Source: Rhodosorus marinus CCMP1338 (Eukaryota; Plantae; Rhodophyta). From it: a stretch of DNA of 64,000 nt. The notes under the pieces were generated by a model that was not told the origin of the DNA, ran no database searches, and saw only the letters and a list, made by a program, of their open reading frames with translations. The position numbers and the translations under genes are program-made. How positions within the stretch are numbered: position 1 is the stretch's first letter; each line of letters starts with the position of its first letter. Positions 40,277-53,069 of the stretch are shown here, one piece after another. Location: NCBI GenBank assembly GCA_029953675.1, contig JAMWBK010000005.1:1922001-1986000 (forward strand), in the 5' to 3' direction.

Positions 40277-41673
40277 CTAAAGCCCTCGTTATTCATATGT
40301 CTAGTCAGAATCTATCTCATGTAGACAGCTGCCCAGTGGTAAGAGTAGAAGGACGAACTCGTGGACGAACTCGTCCTTACTCTTTTCATTCCTCTGAGCC
40401 ATCTCTGACTACTCTCCTTAGTACGGGCATACAAGCAGTACCATTTACAAAGCAGTCCTAACTAGTGTCAGAACCTGTTGGGATACTGAATTGTGCTAAT
40501 GATTCGGAAGTCCAAAACAGGAAATGATATTCGACCATTATACTGAATGGTGCTAATAATTCTAGGGGTGAGTTCGGGAAAAATCTTTTACAAAACGTGA
40601 AGCAGTTCTACGGACTCGTGAGAGCTCTCAGCGGTAAAATTTTTGAATCATTTGGTGATTGGGATTGATAATCATCATCGTCAGCCGCTTATTCAGAGCC
40701 TAACTAATCATCATCAGTACGAGAAGCACTTTAGAGGGCAAAGCATCGAATTCCTTGAGCAGACTTCGTCAAGCCTTCTTTGCCAATGGGAAAGCTCGCA
40801 GAAGACCATCAACCAGCCGCTTTGGTTGGTATTCAAGGTTTTTGTGAAAGCTAGTGTGGACATGGAGAGGAGAAACTCCCCGACAACGATAGCCTTCCGG
40901 AATGGCCAGTGTACGTTCCAATCAGGCGATGAGGTTCGAGCACGGTCTGAAGATGATGACAGAACTGGACGGCCTAATCAGTATTTCTCTAGAATCTACT
41001 GCGTAAGCAGAACGATTGGTATCATGATGTATAGGTCGAAGTAGGATTGGCTGAAGTAGATAGATAGCGCTCGCAAGTAGGCAAGCATTCAAAAGGTATG
41101 TAACGTAAGAGTTAAGGAGCAAGGACTATAACAGACGCAAGTGCACTTAAACAACCTCTTAGAGACGTTAACGCCTTACGGGTTTACACTTTGAGGAGCA
41201 ACTCCGGTTTGCTTTTCCTAGCCCGCCGGTGTTAGGCAAACATTTTGCCAAAATCGCGAATCTGTTTTATGATTGTATTTGGGCTGAAGTTGCAGGAGTG
41301 AAGGATCTAGTTGGGTTTATGGCTGGATGAGGCACTACTTCATGGGTTTCCTTTTCGACATTCCGATATACAGGGATAACCCAGCAATATCATTCAAACC
41401 TTTGAATACCCCTCAGACCCAAGAAACGTTAAGTATTTGATTGAATCAATCAAATACCTGTTGGAACATTGGCCATGGAAGTTGGGGCACCGAAAACCTT
41501 CAAGAACGAGGATTTCTTAGGACAGCGCTTTTCGTCAGCGGATTCGTAGAGTTTTAGAGAAGGCGAGGCACTCGAACGAGTTGGGGAGGGAGGAGAAGGA
41601 GGAGTCTGGTGAGCTATGTTCGTCTTTGGAAGTTGATGTATTTTGTGAAGCACGAAGGCGGGTGTTTTGAAAG

Positions 41674-44600
41674 ATGGTCAATGAGTCGTTGGATTCGTCG
41701 TTGAGTAGCTTGGTGGAGTCGCAGACACTCCAATGGGTTTTTGTTGGGGGGAAGGGTGGGGTTGGAAAGACAACGACCTCGTCATCCCTGGCTGTCAGTC
41801 TGGCTCAGAAGAAAGAATCCGTTCTGCTGGTTTCTACTGATCCAGCTCACAATATTTCAGATGCTTTCGACCAAAAGTTCAGCAAGGTGAGTCACGGGTC
41901 TAGTGCTTAACAGTAAGCGTTATCATCGGAGGAAAAATTGAGCAGGCACTTTCCTTGTGGTCGTTACGGGACGCTAAAAATATCAGGATCCGACAAAGGT
42001 TCGAGGAATGGAAAACTTGTCAGCGATGGAAGTAGAAGTGAGCGCTGATGGGTCGATGCGAATGCTTGAGGCTTCAGTAGGGCAATCGTTTGGTGAAGCT
42101 GCCGGACCTTCCTTGTTTCCAGCTCTGGATGAGCTCATTAAAATGGTTCCTGGAATCGATGAGGCGATCGCGTTTGGTAAGTTTTACTGGCGGGTTGGCA
42201 GAGCACTTGTTTCAGTGTATTCTCGTGCATCTCTAATGGAACGTACTTTTGCGCCCATTAGGGTTACTCGTCGAGACAATCCGATCAATGAACTATAGTA
42301 CCATCGTCTTCGATACGGCGCCAACTGGGCATACTCTTCGACTACTAGGGTTCCCGAACCTCTTTGAGAAGGCCATACCCAAGATAGAAGAACTGAACAA
42401 TCGCTTTGGAGGCATGCTCGGAACCTTGGGTTCTGTTTCGGGAATGACTCAAGGTACTCTTGAAAGATATCGTCCCAACTTGGATCAAGAAACAAAAGTA
42501 GATTTCTCTAAACTCTCCTCTTCTATTCGTTCCATCTGGCTGTATAGGGTCTGAACCGATGAACGTTACACTTGGCAGAATGCTTAAAGACCTCCAGGAC
42601 ACGGTGAAGCAAGTGACAGATCAGTTCCAGGATCCGGCCAAAACGACTTTTGTTTGTGTCTGTATCCCGGAGTTCCTCTCCGTCTACGAGACTGAGCGGC
42701 TGGTGCAAGAGCTCTCAAGTTTCAAGATTGACGTTAAGAACATTGTTATCAATCAAGTCATTGACTTGTCGAAAGGTGGGTAAACGCTTAGACTCCCTCA
42801 GAGACCAACCATCAGAGCGCTTCTCTCTCCGACTATCATGGGAGTCCTATCAGGTCACCATGGACAAGTTGGGTAGGGCGGGGCTGATCCGTGATAGATG
42901 GTTCTGGAGGGTTGTGTCTTTGCGAAGGGTGCTCCAGATTCAGTTCCGTTTTTGATGACGGTGGGGATTTGGCGCTTGGAGCACGAACAGCGTTGACCAC
43001 TAGGCCCTAGAGAGGGTGTTTGATTCGTAGCTTTCAGATAGATAATCTGGCGTGGAAACAAAGCGCTAGGGGCTCTGAGGGTCGTCCGGATTCCTTACAG
43101 TGTCAGGATGTACCCTAAAGCAGTCTTTCTTCTTACGACCAGGAATACCTGCAGAAGCGCTTTTCGCTGCGCGAAGCAACATTCAAATGAAGTACTTGAA
43201 GCAGATTGATGAACTGTACGCTGAAGACTTTCATGTAGTGAAAGTACCCATTCTTGCCGAGGAAATTCGCGGGAAAGATATGATTGTGGAATACTCGAAG
43301 ATGATTATGGGAGAAAACCAAAAGAGTTTCGGTAACTTGCAGGTCCCACAGGATCGAGCGTCGTTTGTTGGCGATCCACTGAACCAGGCTCCTTCCCGAA
43401 TCAGGCCTATCCTCAACCAGCGAGTACGCTGGCTCACTGGCAAATCTCATCGAGCAGAGAACGTTGAGATGGATCTTCTGCGGTGGAAAAGGAGGAGTAG
43501 GAAAGACTACGACTAGCTGTGCGTTGGCAACAGCCTTGGCGGAGGACCGCGCGCAGAACAAGTAAGGAAATGCGAAGCCAACAGACATGGACCCTATTGC
43601 TGTTGGGTTCTAAGGATTGCTGATTACTTGTGCCCCCACCATAGTCTCGGTCCAGTGCTTATTATATCGACTGACCCAGCGCACAACCTTTCCGATGCTT
43701 TCAAGCAACGAATTTCCCCCGGTGGGGATCCAACTAAAATTGAAGGTAGGAAAGTATGGGACAGCACAATTGCGACTTGTAGTTAGCTAGTGAAAGCATA
43801 CTTGATGTCCAGAATGAAGCGTGCGCTCTGTTGGTGCGCTAACCACAACGACGAAATTCTCGTAGGATTCGAGAACTTGTATGCGATGGAAATAGAACCG
43901 CAAACTGCGGCGGAGTCAGTCCTTCCCCGGGAAATGTTGAAGGACGTTGCCAAGTTCATCCCTGGTGTTGACGAGCTAGTATCTTTTTCTCAGATCGCGA
44001 AGCTCGTGAAGTCCATGGAATTCTCAGCTGTTGTCTTCGATACGGCACCTACAGGTATGAAATACAATCTGAGGAATAGGGGAACCAATGCTGCGTTTCT
44101 GCGTCAATTATACTATACGATATCGATATTGACTGTGTTTGCTAATGGGTTTTAGGGCATACGTTGAAGTTGCTTAACTTTCCGAAACTATTTGAGAAAG
44201 TACTGGAGCAGCTGGGGGCGCTGAAAGATAGAATAGACCCCTTGCTACAGAGTTTGGGTCCTGGTCTAGCAGATTCGGCCGGAAATCCGGTAATGATCCG
44301 ACACAGTGGAACAACTGGCAGTAGAGCGTTGGTTCCTCGTTATGGTGCTGACGGAAATTGGTTCCCCAACGATCCTTTTCATTCAAGCAGGACTTGTTCA
44401 CTGCAGCAAACCAGAACATCGATGACCTTAAGCAGGTGGTGGCGGAGGTTGGAGAACAGATGAGAGATTCGGACAGGACAACCTTTGTTTGCGTTGCTAT
44501 TGCGGAGTTTCTCTCAGTCTACGAAACAGAAAGGCTTGTTCAGGAGCTCTTCACGCTGGAGATCGATAGTAGGAACATTGTTGTCAATCAACTCCTTGAT

Positions 44601-44882
44601 CCTGAAGAGACGGACAAACTCTCCTTGTTGAAGGCTAGGGCCGCCATGCAGCAGAAATACGTCACCCAGGTAAGACGAACTATTGACCTCCTTTTCTAGG
44701 GTTACGTGTGAAGTCAGCGCGTGAAAACTGATTCTGCTTTTTCGTGATCCGCAAAAAAACAGATCGAAGACTTGTACCCCAGGTCAGAATTTCATATATG
44801 CAAAGTCCCTGTGCGAGGCGAAGAGATACGAGGCTTAGACTTGCTAAAATCGTTTGCAGCGGGGCTAACTGGCGGGCAGTGA
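41674..44882 (+). CDS. GET3: Tandem two-domain Get3/ArsA/TRC40 ATPase in one polypeptide
   Basis: Two full sets of motifs: [16 protein letters not shown] / [23 protein letters not shown](I/L)[13 protein letters not shown](R/K)LL and [15 protein letters not shown]. Domain 1 joins domain 2 in frame through intron 43332-43404. Confidence 0.92.
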
Positions 44883-45690
44883 GGATGCTTGCAATGGAAG
44901 CTTAGGTCCAGTGCTTATGCTTGAAGAAGCAGATTTTTTTGTAGCAGATGTGAAGTATGTACTAATTGAAGAATCGAGAAGACAAACACATCGCCAGCGG
45001 TAGGAATTACAACCCCTGCCTTTGGAGGGATGATCGAAGAAAGGAACAGACTATTTCTATCACTCTGTGGGGATTGCGACTTGCTCGAAACAAGCTTATG
45101 TGTTATGAACTGATTTACATATCTTGTGTGATATAAATTGCTAGTCGTTGGCGCTGTTTGCACGGAGGCATTATTCTAAGCTACCATCGACCACGCTGCA
45201 ACGGCATCATGGCAGAGAAAGCACCGGGGTCGCACTGTGGACAGTTTTCAGAATCGAGTTGCACTCACAAGGTTTGCCTAAGCAGATACTGCAGTAGGAC
45301 TTATCATCCGAGCGCTCAATCACATTCCGGGAGTTGCAACGTCCACGGCACACCCATTAGCACACTGCACCAGGAATTCTGCCATTCAGAAAGGGACTGG
45401 GCTGACAACCTCAAAAGCAAAAAGGCTGCTTGCCACGTCACATTCGCACCTTCCATGCCAAGCAGCAATGCTTGAAGTTACTGTACAAATCCGTGTCCCC
45501 GGAGCCGCCGAGGGGCTGCAGGCTGTCACGGAGCAGGAAGTCCACTCGAAACAACTTTTGCGGAGGAGAAATCAATCTCAGATTGAGTTCATGGAGCTGG
45601 CCAACGTGCTCAGCTCCCTGACCAAACACACCTAGCACTTAAATACATGACACTGCAAATAGCACGCGACCGCAAACAACAGATGCTCGC

Positions 45691-48600
45691 CTATGTGCCC
45701 CGCTCCCCTTCCTCCTCTGGCTTTACACGTCTTCGCTTTTGATCTGGTGGACTTGCTTGTCCTTCCTCTGCGTTGCTTGTAGCAGATTGGTCCTCCAGTA
45801 ATCCCTCGTCTTCGTCTAATTTAGCGCTGGCCGAGACTTGCCCACTTTCCATCTTCAGGCTTATCCCGAGGCTCGACCTTTCGCCGTTGTCCGCTTTCGA
45901 GAGCTCATCGTCAGTGTCCTCGTCCTCATTGGGATAGTCCACAAGCGGTTGCGGTCCTGAACTGGAATGGACTATGAACGTGGACAGGGGATAAAAAAGA
46001 CTGTCAGGAATCTCCCGTACAGACCAATGATAAATGTATAGAACCTCACCATGCGAGTCGTCATCGCCTTCTTTGGCTAAATCCAAGCTGCGAGAGTGCT
46101 TTTCTAACTCATCACTCGATCCTTCTCTCTCGTGGCGTGGTGGAAACGGTACAGTGGCATTGTCAGAGTCGCCACCGACGCCATAAGAAGGAGGCGGGTT
46201 CGGTCCAACTTGCTGATCTTGCATGTCGTCCCCATCATCTGACTCAAAGTAGGCCTCGTCTTCGTCTAAGTCAGGTGCAGAATTCTTCCCTGTGCCCCTC
46301 GACCCGAACTGAGTTCTGTCCGAATAGTCTCGTGGCTCTGTCCCGTTCGTGTTTTCTGTGGTTGTTGGACCAGCCTTCAGGCTATCTTCATATGCCTGTG
46401 ACAAATGCAACAAAACAAGAGCGTTCATATGTGGCACATTTCATTTCACAAACATGGTCGTCTGTGAATAGCTTTGGCTCAGTCAAATTCAGTACTTGCT
46501 GTCAGCGTACCTTCTTAGCCTTCTCAAAAATTGGGGTACCCTGTATCGAATCGAAGTACTCGGCGTAGTGCTCCATCAAATCCACAAGAACGACTCTCAA
46601 GCTCTCCTTGCTCATGAAGTCCACGAGTTCGAGTACAGCCGAGTTCAACAGGTTGTCCTTGTTCTCATTCTCCTTGAAGATTTTTGCGATCGGCGCAAGC
46701 AGCTTCTTCTTCACAATATACCGGTTGTAGTAGTCGTCCTCCATTCCCACGCAAGCTCTGAAGAAGCGAATAGCGCTCACAGCCACATAGCTAGAATCCG
46801 TTTTTAACAAATTCAGAACCTTATTCACGACGTTGAGTCTGAGCACGAAATACTTCGACAGATACCCATGCCAAACGACGCAGGAAGAAAGAAGATCACA
46901 CAATGAACTTCTTAACATCTTCGAATTTTCTTTCGAATTCTCGATATCCTTCAAGGCAGTGAGAACCTTCTCCATGAATTTCTCGTAGAAAAGGTTGAGA
47001 AACTTGCTTCTGTCCGAGTCTGAAGAAATAGACTCCGGATCCAAAAGGGTCCTCAAGATCTCCAAAACCTCTAAAATCACACCGGCATCCGTATCTGCGT
47101 TAAGCTTCAGCACCAATCCACTGATGAGTGAGTTTTCGACTTCTTGCGACTGCACAAAATTGAAGACACTCGCCTGGTCCTGAACAAGTGCCGCCGAGAT
47201 CATCTCTGCTCCCAGCAGTTGGATCTCCGTTTCCTCGTCCCTCATGACGTTTGTGCACAGATCCAGTAGGCCTAACTCTAGCAGCGAGTTGTGGAATTTC
47301 TCCCGATTCGAGACGATCATACTCTTAGAAAGAGCACAGAGCTCTACAAGCAGCCTCAAATCGTCCTTTCGAGATTTTCTCGCGCCCTCTTCATCGGATT
47401 TGAGCCTCGCGAACACTTCCCTCAAAGCGTTCACACCAGATGAATTCGTTAGGAAATGGAGAGCAATGTCGTTATTGTTCTTCTCAATAAGGTGGGACAA
47501 GGCCGCAAGAGTTCCATCGTCCAGGGTCCTTGGCAGAATTACATCCTTGATATAGTTGATCCAATAGTTTTGATGGATCTTCTGCAAAGTTGCGCTGTCA
47601 TCTATTGGGACGACTGCCTTGTACTCCACCTTGTTTTTCAAAAACTCTCTATGGCGATGTAGTAGAACCTGTGTGCAGCCGTGAGTGAAACAGTTAGAAA
47701 CTCTTCAAGCCACTCCCCCTGCTCGGTCGAGGATGCAGGGCGGGTGTATAATGATCGTAATCACAAAAAAAGCTCACTCACCTCGCCGTTCGTAGTACTT
47801 GTTGAGTAGTATTCAGGATCGTACTCCAATATCCCAACCACGTCCATCATCTTGGTCGGGCTGAGCAAATGTTTCAAGGTTTCTGGATCAGCGAGAAGGA
47901 AGATATTGCGGAAGATCTGGTATAGCAGTTGAAGGCCCTCGACGTCCTCGAGATCTTCACATGTTGTGAAAACTTCGAGGAGATTATTAATGTACGCAAA
48001 CTTATTGTTGCACAATTCGGAGATGATCTTGTCCCTTGACAAACCAGGTGCTCCCATCAAGTTTTCATTGAATGCTTGAACAATTGAGTCAAGGGAGCCC
48101 CTACTCACAACTGGAAGCGGGAAGTACTGCCCACCAGGAGCTTGGCGGGCGTCGTCCCCGAGAAGGGAATTTTCCATATAGTTATCATATGCCTGATTCC
48201 TGTACGATAAGAACAACAAGGCGTGAGATCAATGACATGCTGACCGTGGCACTGTGGAATCAAAACAGACAAAAAAGTCGAGCACAACAACCGATTCAAG
48301 TTGCACTATCTACTTTCAAGACTATCTGTCATACCTGTACGCAGCATCGTCTCCAGCCATCTCCGCATCCTCCAGTCCCGGGGTGCCATACACAGCATGG
48401 AACCCAGGATCAGCTCCAGGCGGAGCGAGGCCGCTTTGCGCCCTGGAGATTTCTTCCCATACTTTTTTGCACCCTGAGACCTCCGCAAAGGAAAGCGCCA
48501 TGTCGATCGGGGTACCATCCGTAGATGACGGGTTTTCTTCTTGCCAAGAAATGATAGTGTCGTTCTGCTGAACATAATTAGCCTCGTCGAATCTTCTTAT

Positions 48601-48864
48601 TCTTGATCGATAGGACTCATTCCCAGACTCCTCGGAAACAACCCGCAGGAAGACAGATGATGACCCATCATCTGAGGTCTCGCACGTGACATTCCCCGTT
48701 CCATGATCCCCCCACTGTCCGTCCGAATTCAAAATATACAGTTTAACTCTCCACGCTGGCGTCGTCGACCCTTCTTTCTCCTCACTCTCTGCGGGAACGA
48801 CGTGAGGAGGCGCCGCCGATATGCCAGCGCTATCCTCGCTGCACGCCACAGCTGCACTCGCCAC
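45691..48864 (-). CDS. PPP4R3: Serine/threonine phosphatase 4 regulatory subunit 3 (SMEK/Psy2); true start not resolved
   Basis: EVH1-like domain RVKLYILNSDGQWGDHGTG...NDTIISW...MALSFAEVSGCKKVWEEI, SMK-1 domain CEDLEDVEGL...GILEYDP, QKIHQNYWINYIKDVILPR, AIRFFRACVG, NLLNSAVLEL, and an acidic tail. The codon at 48864 is GTG following an AG, so an upstream exon is likely. Confidence 0.92.
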
Positions 48865-51612
48865 CTTGTAAGTAATTCCTACAAAATTTCTATACTCCTC
48901 AACCTCCTATTCACTTGCCCCTCCTCCCCCAACCCCAAAACCCCAACCTAATAAAAAAGGGTCTACCTCACCACATACTCCTTACCAGAGCAGAATCTCA
49001 CGGAGCACCACATGAGCACCGCCCAAATCAAGTACTCTCCCACCCATTCATTGTGAAAAGTTATCCTTCCTACGCGCAAAAGCTGCTTGCCCAATTGCCT
49101 AACCGATCTTCTCTGCCTCACCAAAAACGAGATCCAACGAAAAACCCAACCAAAAAAAGCAACCCCCAATAACCCCCGACTTCCTTCAAAGGAGCCCAAA
49201 AAACTCTCCTCTCTTGCCCTATGCCCAAACTACCCTCCTACCTACCACCTTCACGCCTCCCCGCTCCTCGCGCGTCCTATTTATGCCTTCAAACACCTGC
49301 CCTCCACTACAGAAAACTCCAAAATCATCGTACGAGATTTTCTATACAAAACAAAACAGTATCAAGAACTCCATCTATTCATGAATACAGAAAACAGTAT
49401 TCTCTCATCCATCACAAAAAAAAAACTAAAATGAAAACAATCCTTTCTCCTCCTCCAATCCTTCTCTTCCCAAAACCGCCCCACACAAATCCCTCTCTTC
49501 CCCCCCTCTTTTTCCCTCAACCCCAACACTAACCTCTCCTGCCCAAAGTGACAATATATGGCTCCAAACTTTCCAACCCCGCAAAGGCTTTAAAAACGAC
49601 TTTGCCTTCTGCCTTTCCAATCGCAAGTTTCCATACAAATTAATTGGCGAAGAAAAATACCCTATATCATTTTTTCTTCTTTATTTCCATAAATGATGTA
49701 CCAATAGAGTTTCATCATCCGTTCATTGAAATATATATAAAATATTTTTGCCGGGTGGATGTTTCTTCTTCCCTTCTTTTTTTGAAGAAACCAAAGGCGG
49801 CGGTTCCCATTTAGAATCATCCTTTATTTTGAAGAGGCAAATATTGATTAGGTTTTTTACTTACTTTTAAACCATTGATTTTAGAGCGAAGAAAGCAACC
49901 ACAAGGGAAATCGTGAAAGGGGGGAGAGGGGGAGGAAGGGAGACGCGGGAGACAGGAAGGGGGGGGTGGGGGTTGTGGGGGTTTGTCTGACAATCGTTGA
50001 AGTGGATAGAAACCAGTCCTATTGCGGAATTGATCTACCCCTTACGTACTTATGATCGAACTCCCTACATGTCCTTGATTTATTGATTTTTTTAGAAGTT
50101 GTTGGGAATCGTTGCCAGCCTAGTAGGGGTCGTATTTTACCCGGTTGAGAAGTTCCACTTCTTATTTTACGTTATTTTTGTAGGGGTTTCAGTTAAACTA
50201 AATGAGGGGGCCTGGAAAAAAGACTCTCTCTTTGATGGCTAACGAAACGAGCCTTTTGATAAGTAAATCCCCCCCCCCCCTTTATGGCGCGTTGGAAAGA
50301 GCTCCGCCCAACAATCGATTTATGACATATAATATTTGATTTGACACCTTATTCCGAAGCAACTTTGAGTGTCCAATGTCGTAGGCCCATGGACTCTGGG
50401 AGGACAGGCAGCGAACTAGAATAACAAAAAAGTTTACCCGTTGGTATGACGCTGCGGTTTGTAATTGGGCAAGAAAAACTTGATTTTATGAATTATTTTG
50501 TCGTATGGTCTTCAAAATCGTGGGTTTTCCCTATGATGCCATTAGCACGTGATTGACCTATTTTGGCCAGTGGAATCGTTTATTGTCTATTTATTCTCTC
50601 TGAAAATCAAAATCGTGAATTGATTAGGGATATTACGAGGCGCCTTGGAGCAGAACTAGGTGGGTCATGGACAGCTTACATTGGTATTCACGTGGTGGCG
50701 TTCCCTGATGAGAGGTGTATAAATAGCACCATGCTAACAGCGGCTGTGCTCTTCAAAGCATCGTTTCTCTCATGTCTGCAGTGCCGAACTGTGCCTTATA
50801 GGACCCCAGACTAGTTCACACGCAATGAACGCTGAGCCACGAGTCGCACAGCGAAGAGCGCTTTGCACGCGCCTTGTTCGAAGGCCGAAAAGAGCAGCAT
50901 TCGTACGCCCAGGGGCGAAGCTCAAAATCACGGTGTAGCTCAGGAGAAATTTCGCGGGCACCGCAAGGTAATAGCATGCTCCTTGCTCGGTGGGCTGAAC
51001 AACACCCACACAGCGTTTCCAGTTCTCGAGTAGGGGCCAGGTGACGCTCTTTCTTAGCTTCTTAGAAACGATTTTGCTTTGAAAGACAACAAGCCCCATG
51101 TTGCTAACGCGGCCGAAGCTTCCAAGCCAGCACATAGTATCTAGCTCGATCATAGTTCACCCTTCTGTCAACGGAGCGATCCACGTTCCAGTTCATTATT
51201 AGCGACTACGGAAATTTCTCCTGTGGGGGTTCAAGTGGATGTGAAATAGTCTCACGGTGGATGCTACAAGAGCAGAAATAGTCCAAGTAACACCCTGCGC
51301 GTACACACTTCCGCGAGCACAAACCACGCTACCATTCCGAAACACGGGGACCTGATTCTATGCACGTGTCCTATGCGTTCTTTTTATACATATTTTACAG
51401 CACCAGGTTCGATGGTGTGAACTTCTACAAAACTACATGTACAAATGTAAAACAAGTCTCACAAAGGTGGAAAACCAAGCAAGCGGGGCCGTCCTCGTCC
51501 CACACATATCTACAACAGGCTGGCAAACCAACCTGGTCATCACGACGAAAGTGAAATACTATCCTAGATTATACTACAAGGAATAACTTTGATGGGAGAA
51601 GCGTCTTCGCCT

Positions 51613-53069
51613 CTACACTGCACCCAGAAACAACTGCAGAGAGTTCGAAGTCCTCAGCTTCTTCAGTGCTCGGAGCTCGATCTTCCGAATCCCCGCAGCG
51701 GAAATAGCGTATCTGCGTTGCAGAAAGAGTGGGAACAGGAGTCAGAGCTCGAACTCATTCCTAGCGTGGAATTAATGAGCCCAGAATACAGGTCAAGGCA
51801 TCATAGAGTGTAGCTTCTACTAAAATTAATGCAGTCTTAGGTTAGAAAAAAGACAAGGAAAAGGGAAACTTAGGTGCAAGTTGATCAGGCACGAACCTTC
51901 TGGCAATATCACTGGAGCGGGTTTCTCCTTCAGTGCTCAAACCATACTTGAGCAAGATAACTTCCTTCTCCCTTTCCGATAACACGGCATTGAGCGCATC
52001 ATGTACTCCTTCCCTTATCATTTCTCTACAAATGGTGTCTTCGGGACCACAACCTTCCCACTCCGTTCTATCCAGCTCAGTAACCAGCTGACCGCCGTCT
52101 CCGTCCACTGGCATGTCCAGTGACTGAACACTCCTATGATGGGCGACGTAGGTGGTTAGGCGTACCTTGGACGTGAAACAAGGATGAGCTTGATGCGGGG
52201 CAGTACATACTTCGAAGCTACGATGAGGTGTTCTACGACTTTGCGGTCAAATCCAGTGGCCCCCGAAAGCTCTTCCAAGGTTGCGATTCGTCCGTACTCG
52301 TCAAAAATGCTTTTGTATGCCTTTTTCAAATGCAGGAGCTTGTCCTGAAACGACCTAGGGAGCCTAATTGATCTTGAGTCGTTGTATATCGACTGTCTGA
52401 TATGCTTTTGGATCCAGAACGTTGCATAGGACGAAAACTTGGCCTAACCACAGTCCAGGAACACACGGCGTCAGAGTCAAGAATGCTCGACCTTGGTCAA
52501 TGCATACATGGCGTGGGTTCGAACGTACCCCTTTGGACGCGTCATACTTTTCAACAGCCTGGACAAGTCCACAGGCTCCTTCTTGTACGAGATCCTGAAT
52601 TGCTACCCCGCGTCCTACGAATCTACACGCGATGGAGGACACCAATCGCAGGTTTTCTTCAACGAGGGCATGTCGTGACTTCCTTCCCTCGTCGAGGTAT
52701 CGGGATATGGTGTCAACATCAGTATTCCTAATCTTTGCTACCTCCAACAGTGTGGGTTCTCGCCCGGTTGATTCCCACAAAGACCGTTGAAGTTTCTCAA
52801 TCGCGAGCATTTTCTGAACAGCCATTGTGAGTTCGGCCTAGCGATTAACGGAAACCAAAAGCATCCTTAGATCGGCATAAAGCAATGCAAATGATTCCCA
52901 CTATCTCCAAATTTCCCAAACTCACCTCAAGCGGAACATCCTTTGGATTCTCATCTGTTCGACGAATGATCGGCTTCGTTCTTGGTTTAATTTCATGTTT
53001 TTGCTGTCGTCTGGAGATTTTTCTCTTTCCACTACCAATCCTTGCCACTGCGCAAACCACAAATCCCAT
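51613..53069 (-). CDS. SIG: Nuclear-encoded plastid RNA polymerase sigma-70 factor, multi-exon
   Basis: MGFVV transit-like start. Region 2: [12 protein letters not shown]...[18 protein letters not shown]|[11 protein letters not shown]...SRSIRLP. Region 4: [15 protein letters not shown]...IARR|[20 protein letters not shown]. Spliceosomal introns present. Confidence 0.93.

Noticed and set aside
40350-40378. 12-bp direct repeat ggacgaactcgt x2, considered as CRISPR-like
   Set aside because: Only two adjacent copies, no spacers and no cas genes. It probably lies within an intron or intergenic sequence.
43424-43457. 34-nt intron (gtacgc...gagcag) as the Get3 domain junction
   Set aside because: It is shorter than local introns and removes the Get3-typical [10 protein letters not shown]-terminal helix. 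The 73-nt intron 43332-43404 fits better.
41674-44882. Bacterial ArsA arsenite-efflux ATPase (also a two-domain protein)
   Set aside because: It has introns, Get3-specific [15 protein letters not shown] motifs in both halves and no ars operon context.
51613-53069. Sigma-70 gene as evidence of bacterial DNA or contamination
   Set aside because: It is interrupted by spliceosomal introns, has a transit-like N-terminus and is flanked by eukaryotic genes, so it is a nuclear plastid sigma factor.
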